A DNA stretch of 64,000 nucleotides from assembly GCF_006345805.1 (NCBI RefSeq), contig NC_043006.1:104842001-104906000 (forward strand), read 5' to 3'. Position 1 is the first letter of the stretch. Each line of letters begins with the position of its first letter. This document shows positions 54,260 through 64,000 of the stretch, piece by piece. The DNA comes from Octopus sinensis (Eukaryota). The notes under the pieces were generated by a model. That model had not been told where the DNA came from, did not search any database, and worked only from the letters and a program-made list of their open reading frames with translations. A program made the translations under genes and the position numbers.

Positions 54260-54520
54260 CAAATGACGTCTCTTTTCAAAGCTCTAATAAAAAGTGTGTA
54301 GCAGACATATATAACCAAAAATTTCAAGAAAGGGGGAAATATAAAGAAGAAACTTTCGAGGAATATAAAATATGCTAATAGCAAATATTTAGCTGCAATA
54401 TCGGAACTGTATCAGTGATCTGTTCGCAGATGGGCGACGAAAATATTGGTGCTTCAGGAAATAGATGAAAGGAAATTATAAGAAATGTTTTGCGATTCTA
54501 AACGGTACGGCGATATATTT
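54260..54520 (+). mobile_element. Decayed CR1-type LINE C-terminal fragment
   Basis: SLFKALIK...SVRRWATKILVLQEIDERKL resembles LYK.LVRP...VQRRATK.V..L....YEERL. Confidence 0.5.
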
Positions 54521-54953
54521 GCATATTAATATATTTATGAGTACGACCCGTGTAAATTCCACAGAATGAAAAGAATTAAGGGGACATATTTAAGAAAGAA
54601 AGGATTATTTGCATTTTTAAAGCATTCATAGTTTAGCTTTCTTGAAATTTACTCGACATTCGTCTACATTAATTTTCTCACGTCTTCGTTGGTGTTATCT
54701 ATATTTTTTTTTCTTTTTCGTCGGTTGTTGACTTTTTTCTTTTTTTTATTATATCTTCTCACTACCCCACTTTGATCTATGATCTATACATATGCAGCCT
54801 TCCTCGGGCAGCTTGCAACCGTGTTTCTTGTGCATCCATAGTTTACGCTAAATTAATCCTACTAAACGAATATAATTTTTAAGCGAGCAGATGATAATAA
54901 TTGCACGAATGCGCATGTGTTAAGCGATAGTTGCCGTAACTACCTCCTATGTA

Positions 54954-55012
<59 letters not shown>

Positions 55013-56899
55013 ACTTTTCTTTAACGTCACCACCAGAACATCACTCTCTGCTAAACATTGTATCCTAAACATATCTCTTTCTCTTCACCTTTGCCTTCCG
55101 CTAACTTTTTAACCATGTAATAAGTATTCTTTTCCCACCCCACGGCACGTCTTTAACACTTCTTAAACCCTCTTTTACTCTGTCGTCTTCTCTCGTTCTT
55201 CGCTTCTGCCTTCAGCTGACCCCATGATGCGCTTGGACTATGTGTATTAAAGTTAATCACCTTTCATTACTTTTCCTCTTTTTCTTTCTTCACTCCTTTC
55301 TCCTCTCTGTCACTCTTACTCCCCTCTCACTCACTCCTCCACCACCTCGTTAATTAACTAAAGTATTACTAGTGAATGAACAAGCTGATTATTATTGAGA
55401 TTTTAGAATGAATATGAACCTCTGTCAGCAAACTGAACCTCCCCTTCTCCTCACATCTTATATAATGGCAATTAAAAAAATTTAAACATTTCTCTTTTTA
55501 TTGTATCTTCCCACATCACAACGGGTCGCGATGCTAATTAACTTGTATTATTGCTGGGAAAGTGACACTAGTAACTACAAAATCACTTACTTCAAAATTT
55601 GAAACGTACAGTATCTATGATCTACAGCTTTATGGTGTTGTAATAATTTAGTAAAAGAAATTAAGGATAGCGTCTCTAGCCCCTTTGTATGGCCCCTCAG
55701 ACTGTTGACGAGAAAGGAAACTGTTTTGTGCTATCAACAACCTAACTGAATTCTTGCAACACTATGTACTCCGCAGAAAACCTCCATAGGCCAGATGGTG
55801 GTGCTAAACTGTACAACCGTTTTAGTTTAAATGCCAAAATTTGTTAATGAAAAAGAGTATGGTTTCCGATAATAGTGTCTTAAAAATTGAGAAGCACTTA
55901 AACTTTATGCAGTTGCTGAAAAGAAAGCTGCACGGCATTTGGTTCGGTTCTATATGCTACATTTTTCTTTTGAAGCAACAAATATGTTCGTGAGCATGTT
56001 ACATGAGCACAAGGTCACGCATTAAGTGTATCGACTCTTGTAATTGAACAGTAGGCTATTTAATGATACTGAAAGGAAGAAAAAGTGCAAAGTCAACTGC
56101 GTATGGATTTGAACACGGAATTTAAAGGAATATATTTAACAAATACATTTTGTTTAATGCAACTCACTCTGCATTTTTATCAATGTTATAAACAATAATA
56201 TATTTTAATGAAGATTATTTTGACACAGAATGTTTTATATTTTCATGTATATTCATTCTAGGCGATATCGTAGCGAAAGCCTGTATGATTTAATATCCAA
56301 GATGCAAGTAAATTAAGTTAGCAACTCAGCAAGAAGAGGGTAAAAAAACTTAAGAGTACAATGCGAATGTAATAAAGCTTTGGGTTAAAAGAAAGGAAAA
56401 TAAATCGATGTTTCAAACAGTTATCCATTGTCGAGGTAGAACGAAGGAGAATGGAACAAAAAATCTTTGGAAAATAAAAAGACAAACAAAAAATAAACAA
56501 CGTTGGTTTAGAAATACAACAGGATGGAACAGCAAGTATGAAATGAGTGGTGTAAACCAAAAACAGAAATTGTCTTTTATCGGAAAGGAGTGTGCGCATG
56601 TGGTAAAGGAAATAGGCCTCGCATGCATGTGAGATGGTTAGGTAATAGCATGAAGTGCGTGCAAATTATGTTTATAAATCTGTGCCTGTGTTTTTCTCTG
56701 TGTGTATGTGTTTGTGTGTGTGTGTGCGTGTGTGCATGGGTATGGATTGCAATGGCACGAATGCAGAATAAAGTGTGTGAGACTGGGTGTATGCGAATGT
56801 GTGAGACGCGATATTGTATGTGTAGTGTGTTCTAAATAACGTAGTCGTAGTTTTGTATGGATGAGTAGAAGAGAGCGTGTGCAAGTGTATGAAAGGAGG

Positions 56900-57050
56900 A
56901 GGGTAAATGACAGCGTTTTGCAGTTGTGTTGTGGTTAAAGAAAGGCAATTCGTCAGTTAAAACCACCAGGCGTGGCAGGGTGAAGAGGAAGGAATAAATG
57001 TTGTTCTCAACAACAGCGGAAAACGGGATATCTGCGGTGTAGAGTGAGCA
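56900..57050 (-). mobile_element. Possible Penelope-like GIY-YIG tail remnant
   Basis: AVVENNIYSFLFTLPRLVVLTDELPFF resembles EQ.LIF.L.TL.P.GLN.E..FF. Confidence 0.35.
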
Positions 57051-57939
57051 GATCAATCACATGATGCAGGTAGAAGTGGACCAGAAAATGGAATAGAAGG
57101 GTCATAGATGTAAATAAGCAGACGTTGCTTTGCTAGAAGTCAAAAAAATATTTTCTTAAAAGATCAACCGATTTCCAAGTAGTATTCCTTATTGGAATTA
57201 AATGAAATTTTTAGATGTACATTAGACTCATTTCGTGACATTTCTTGATGTAGGAAAATATAGCGGTCAGATGAGGACCAAAGAATCAAGGTTGTCCGTA
57301 GCGAACGCTGAGAATACTAGGTACCAAAATGTTGCTCATACTGCTATTACATCTCTATAAAAATGTGAGCATTGCTTGAAGAATTCAAACTTTTAAGAAT
57401 TACTATGCTCATTACTACGCACAATGACAGTCATACCTGCACACTTGCACAATATAGTATTTAATTATGGGCATCATGGGGATACTATAAATAAGATCAA
57501 CACAATTACAACTTTAACTACAGGATTCACACGGAGAGGAAGCTAAGATTTGGGAAAAGTTTCATGTCCGTAGAAAAAAAGAATAAAATCGAAAAAAATA
57601 TAAGAATATGTAGAGGTTCTATTATTTATCATATTTATAAAAGGGAGGACGTGTGTGCGTGTGTGTGTGTGTACGTGATTGTAATTTATGCACGTACACA
57701 AATTAGCACGCATGTCGCTCAAATTTTAGGAGGACATTTGTCAACATCCTATCTGGGTTTTGTCAACTTATTTTTCTCCCCGAGGGACCCGTGGGTAGCG
57801 TAAATATCTATTTTCAGACATAGCTTTTATCCACGAAAAATATCAGCCTTAGCTTTTTTGATGGCGGCTAACAGACAAAAAAGATAAAGAAAACGGGAAG
57901 ACGGAAGCAGATAGTTTCACGGGAAAGACAAAGTGAGAC

Positions 57940-57980
<41 letters not shown>

Positions 57981-58439
57981 AGTTATGACGTTCATAAAAG
58001 ATAAAATGTAAAATGTTTTTTTTGCTTTTGAAAGACACTATATTTTATAATCATAGTATATATACTTTAGTGAAAATCGTGCGAGTGTTAATCTACAAAT
58101 TTAACAACATTTTTTCCATTCATTTCTGTTTATGAACATGTATGCGTGCACAAAATATTCAATAGGTGTATGTACATACGTGTGTGTATATTTGTTCGTG
58201 TCTGTTGCCCATATATATTTATATTATATTATATTATATATATATATATATATATAATATAACTAATTTCAACGGATTTCGCCCGAATTTAACGTATGTA
58301 TTACTTAGTTTGGTTTGAAATAAAGAACTTGATTAGGTTAATAATCGTAACTTAAGGCCGGGTTATAATGTTAGTATTATTATATGATCGAACGCCACGC
58401 ATCCTTTTCCAAGTAAGTGGTGAGAGGGAATCCACCTTT

Positions 58440-58830
58440 CCGACTACTACCTTCACAAAGACTAACCGGGCTTATCCTGTCTCTTCATAAGCTCGTCTCC
58501 TTAAACGTTCAGAATAATTTTTTCATTGTCTTGGCTTAACGACCCTCACAGTTTGTTTTTAGTGTCTTGCTCTCGTTGTCCTGTTTTTGTCACCACTTTC
58601 ACCCTCCGCAAAAAATCCGAAATTGTATTTAATTTGTTTGCGGGAAGGATTGTTTCAATGAAGTCGCGTCTTGTCCTTAGCTTCGAAACGTGCAGTAGAT
58701 GAGACATGGATAACTGAAGAAGGGAAATTTTTTTATGTTGTATGTCTAGTTTCTTTTTCGTTGTTCAAAAAAATTTCGTTTCTACCTTTCTGTTTTTATG
58801 TTTTCGTTTCTCATCGTGTTCAATGTTTTT
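58440..58830 (+). mobile_element. Penelope-related repeat remnant
   Basis: GTCTTGGCTTAACGACCCT (..GLNDP-like tail) resembles the reverse complement of 51150-51180; pyrimidine-rich UTR; decayed TTCGAAACGT trace. Confidence 0.35.
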
Positions 58831-59061
58831 TCGATGTCCTGTACCCATATATGCATGTATATGTACATATATATGTAGGCATGTACATATATATGCATAG
58901 ATATATATATTACATATATATATGTATATATATATATATGTATATATACACATATATATATATATATATATGCATATATATTCATACATATATATACATA
59001 TATATATACGCACATATATGCACATGTATATATACCTATCTATATATACATATATATACAC

Positions 59062-59116
<55 letters not shown>

Positions 59117-59581
59117 CATATATATACAACGATATAAATATATATATATGTATATTGTGAAACTAATAGAAACATAACTATTAAAAGTGAAACTATTGGC
59201 ATATATGCAAACATGTATATATATGTACATAGTGAAACTAATAAAAATGAAACTATTAAAAGGAAATTGATTCAAGTGAAACCCTATAAAAGCGAAACTA
59301 TTATCTAGTCACATTACAGTAGAAATGTCGCTGTTTCACTTTTGACACGTAATACCCGAGAGTCTTAGAGATTTTTCGGGTTTGTATTAGGCAAGAAGTT
59401 GAAATTGTTACACCCATGACACTCCAGGTGCCGCAAGTAAATCATGTGTAATACGTGAATGAAATCGCTTGGGTAGTTCTCGAGTGTTAGTAATGCACAC
59501 ACACACACACACACACAGAGAATCTTAGTTGGATATATATATATATATATATACAAGCATACATATATTATCACTTGCTTA

Positions 59582-59784
59582 TTTCAGTCAATATCGCCTT
59601 GAAGATTTGTTAATCGAATGAAGTTACCTTCATTACTTACTTATTTTTAAAAGCCTGGTACTTATTCTATCGGTCGCTTTTGCAGCGCCGCTAAGTTATG
59701 AGCATGTAAGCACATTAATACAGTTTAAGTTGTAGTTGCACACACATAATCAGACAGACACACACACACGCACAAACATATATG

Positions 59785-59848
<64 letters not shown>

Positions 59849-60049
59849 ATATACGTATGTGTGTGTTTGTATTTGTATATGTAGTGTGTATGTGTGTGTA
59901 TGATGGGCTTCTCTTTGATGAAATCCACTGACAAGGCTTTGATCGGCCCGCGACTATAACTGAAGATACTTGCACAAAGGCGCACACAGTGGGACTGATC
60001 TATGATCCATGTAACTGGAAAGCGATGTTCGTACTATGCAGCCACGCCT
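59582..60049 (-). mobile_element. SINE family B, decayed
   Basis: Similarity to other family B copies. Confidence 0.75.
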
Positions 60050-60993
60050 GTGGGACATCGTAGACGTATATTGCATCTTTGATGTATAATGTGTATTGCA
60101 GAACATCGTTAAAGATGCTAGAATAACATTGAAACACATCCCCAGTTTGTCACATATTAAAGAAAATTACGAAAATATCTTTCTCTATAAACAATAGTAT
60201 TTCTATATATTTACTTCTACCATTAAGTTAAATGAATTAGGTCGAGCATTTTTTGTCTCGTAGTGCTAACAACAGAACATTTCCTTGGATACTCTACTCT
60301 CATAAATAGTATTGAATAACTAAATCTCACGCATATGACAAACCATCTTATTAAAAACGGATGGAAATGTTCGCTGATAGCGTATTAAACACTCCGTTGT
60401 TAAAATCATTTGCAATAGAAAAGCATCCTGTTCACATCTGGGGCATCTTTTAACCATACCACTGCTCTCGATAAAGGCTTAACTTAATAAGATAAAACTT
60501 AATGCATTCTTCACTATACTTATAATTGGGCGCTACCCTGGTCTGAGAGCTAATCATGTCGAATAGGAAGCATAACTATTACATTTCCAGGTACGATGAA
60601 ATATGTAAATCCAATTTACTAGAAACCATTTATTCTGCTGCAGCAATTATCTTGCCAGATTTTGCCTGAGAAACTATAGAGACGTGGTATTACAATAGCA
60701 AGTTCTCGGTATAACTGATCCAAAAATTAATGGTAATATATAATTAGAACCAGTTTAATTAAGTTAATAAATGTTCCTCTATGCCAAAACGCATGAACAC
60801 CACGAATTCCAGTATTATATCCTATGCAATTACAATCAATTTTCCAATGCTATCATCCTAATCTTCATCATCATTATCATCAATATCAGCATCATCAACA
60901 TCATCATCAATACCCTCATTAATAACATCATTACTAACATCGTCTCCACGTCAGAGGTATCAAGATCTTCATGAAGATTATGCAATGCAAGCT

Positions 60994-61024
<31 letters not shown>

Positions 61025-61462
61025 CCAGATCTAGCAGTAGCGCCTCCATCTTCACCAGCGTATCTTCATCGCCTAGATCATATTTCAAACTAGCTCATCA
61101 TAATCATCTGGGGCAGTACACAACCACCAGCCTTGGGCAAGGCTGCTCATTAGTAGAGTCAGCTGACAACCTCGTACGAGTATCCCTAGGCAACATCTAC
61201 TGTGTTTCCGTTAATTGTCTTAAGTATGTAGGTAGCCGCTTCTAGTCATAGGCACCCTCCTCCGACACACTACTTTTCGTCCTAACGCAACATCCGAGAT
61301 ATGAAGCCGTAGAATGGGCGAATTGCACCATTACACGGTTGGTACTTATTACAGCTTAACAGAAAGTATCAATGAAATATCTTGGGTCGGAATTGAACTC
61401 AGGACCATATGATCATGCGCCAAACACCCTTGACCACTAGGCCATGGGCCTTCATAGCTAGA

Positions 61463-61718
<256 letters not shown>

Positions 61719-62004
61719 GGCGTGTTTATATTAGCAGAATACGCTAAACATTTTTATTGTTAGGTTTTTGCGTATCTTATTCTTTTACTTAATTCACTCA
61801 TCTGCCGACAGCCATGCTGGAGCACTACATACAACGACCTAGTCAAACAACTCAAATCCATTATTTATTTATAGATTTAGGTATTATGGGGACGCAAATA
61901 TATAAATATATATATATATATATAATATATATGCATGTATATATATATATATATATATATATAGATATATATATATATATATACATATACTAGCACTGCG
62001 TCGC

Positions 62005-62290
62005 ATACAACAACGAAGATTCCAGTTGATCCGATCAACGGAACAACTTGCTCTTCAAATTAACGTGCAAGTGGCTGAGCACCCCACAGACCTTAACTTA
62101 ATTTTCAATGAGATTCAGCATGACACAGAGTGTGACAAGGCTGGCCCTTTGCAATACAGACATTATTCATTTTTGCCAGCTGAGTGAACAAGGCAACGTG
62201 AAATAAAGTGTCTTGCTCAAGAGCACAACGCGCCAGCAATCGAACTCGCGACCTTACGGTTGTTAGCCGAATACCCTAAGCACAAGCACA
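62005..62290 (-). mobile_element. SINE family C
   Basis: CAACGTGAAATAAAGTGTCTTGCTCAAGAGCACAAC is the reverse complement of the 27640-27675 region. Confidence 0.75.
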
Positions 62291-62319
62291 TGTACAGATG
62301 CGATGGGCATTTTCAGTTT

Positions 62320-62620
62320 CTTATATCTATATTGCCCACAAGGGGCTAAACATAGAGGGGACAAACAAGGACGGAGGGATTAAGTCGATTACATCGACCC
62401 CAGTGCGTAACTGGTACTTAATTTATCGACCCTGAAAGGATGAAAGGCAAAGTCGACCTCGACAGAATTTGAACTCAGAACGTAACGGCAGACGAAATAC
62501 CTATTTCTTTACTACCCACAAAGAGCTAAACACAGAGAGGACAAACAGAACGTAACGGCAGACGAAATGCCGCTAAGAATTTCGCTCGGCATGGTAACGT
62601 TTCTGCCAGCTCGCCGCCTT
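62320..62620 (-). mobile_element. SINE family A multimer with an internal deletion
   Basis: Head at 62620; junction at 62501/62502 identical to those in the 13.4-kb array. Confidence 0.85.
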
Positions 62621-63674
62621 TGGGCTTTTTCGGTTTCTGTTTACCAAATTCACTTATAAACATTTGGGTTGCTCAGGGTTACGTTAGGAGGCCCCCTCAC
62701 AATTTACTGCGAAATAGGATTAAACCAAAATCTACAGGATTGGGAAGCAAGCTTACCACGCTGGATATTTTATTGCTGGATCTGTTAATATCAGTAGGTA
62801 CACTAGTTATTGTTATTGGTAGTTTCGTTATCCCACTCCCAAGAGCCACTTTTAGACGCAAGCGTAACTATGGGGTTAATATGCTTATTTTCCAACCATA
62901 AGGTCTCAGGTTCAGTCCTACTGCGCGACAAGTTGGATAAGGGTCTTTCTGGTTAATCTTGGGGTCGTCCATAACATTGTGAGTTGAAATGGATGGCAAC
63001 TAAAAGAAATTAGTCGTATATGTATGTATGTGTGTGTGTGTTATGCGTGCGTGTATGTGTGTATATAAACATATCTCTGTGATTGTTCTCCACCCATTGG
63101 CAACCGGTATTGGGTTGTTTATCTCTTAATAAACAAGTGGTTCAGCATAAAGAAATCGATAGTACCAGGCTTAAGAAGAAAAATATAGTCGGAACGATCA
63201 GTTCTGCTAAATCCTTCGAGTCGGTGCTCCAGTATGACCGTAGCCCCTCTAGGATTAGTAAAAGAAACAAATGAAAGAAAAAAGATATCACTAGAACCTG
63301 TTGAACTCTTATATTACCTGGTCTGTGTAGGTTTGCAGACGTGTCAACATTTGTATCGTTAAATCTGTGAATGTTAACGGAAACCGCTTTTCAATATTAT
63401 TCTTAAATCTGAGAATGTTAGTAGAAGGTACTGAAAATTTCTATCGAATATGCGAAATGTCTTCTGACATATACCAATATATCTCAATGTATTGGTTTAA
63501 AATCAAACCAAGTAAAAATTTGCCTTTGACACTTCCATGCTAGATAAAATAAAGTTCAATGCATTTTTGATCTCGAATTAATCAATAATCCGCCACTGAA
63601 GTTTCTGGCCTTGTACCCGTTCTTGAAACATTTATGAATAATTTGATTTTGCTAATAGTATCTTAGTTGTTAGA

Positions 63675-64000
63675 GGAGCGACGAGCTGGCAGAATTGTTA
63701 CCGCTTTGGGTAAAATGCTTAGCGGCATTTCACCAGTTTTTACGTCCTGATTTCAAATACTGCCAAGGAAGACTTTGTCTTTCATCCTTTCATTTTCGAT
63801 AAAATAAGTACCAACTGAATACTGGGCGCCAATGTAACCGAATTACCCTGCTCCCCGTAAATGCTGGCCTTACGCCACAAATTTGAACTCAATATTTTAG
63901 TTGATAATAGGGCGTCGATCTGGCATTATTAGCACGTCGGGCAAACTTTAGCGGTTTTTCGCCCGTCTTTACGTTCTTAGTTCAAATTCCGCTGAAGCCT
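63675..64000 (+). mobile_element. Two decayed SINE family A copies (second cut by the window end)
   Basis: Heads at ~63675 and ~63910. Confidence 0.75.

Noticed and set aside
58655-58730. TTCGAAACGT..CTGAAGAAGG as a permuted hammerhead
   Set aside because: Position 17 would be G and stem I does not pair in register; at most a decayed trace.

Overview
AT-rich eukaryotic DNA dominated by repeats. The tRNA-derived SINE families and the dense (TA)n/(TATC)n/(CA)n/(TATG)n microsatellites best fit an octopus or other coleoid cephalopod genome; this is an inference from repeat families I recognise. I found no convincing host-gene exon, so the window is probably intergenic or a large intron, and nearly all listed ORFs are microsatellite or SINE artefacts. 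It contains many SINE copies, three decayed mariner transposase segments, Tc1/mariner MITEs, RTE/CR1/R4-Dong LINE fragments and several Penelope-like (GIY-YIG tail) remnants. Four signals stand out. (1) At 39.6-40.0 kb a tRNA-headed, Pol III-type SINE carries a minimal type-I hammerhead ribozyme and is fused to an inverted partial copy whose hammerhead core is intact. (2) A second repeat family (5 copies, 30.8-51.5 kb) has a hammerhead fold with a fixed non-canonical A6U core and is anchored on (TA)n. (3) An R4/Dong-like LINE shows a twin-priming-type 5' inversion. (4) SINE multimers share one tail-to-internal junction at three loci. Coordinates of decayed elements are approximate; novelty could not be checked against databases.
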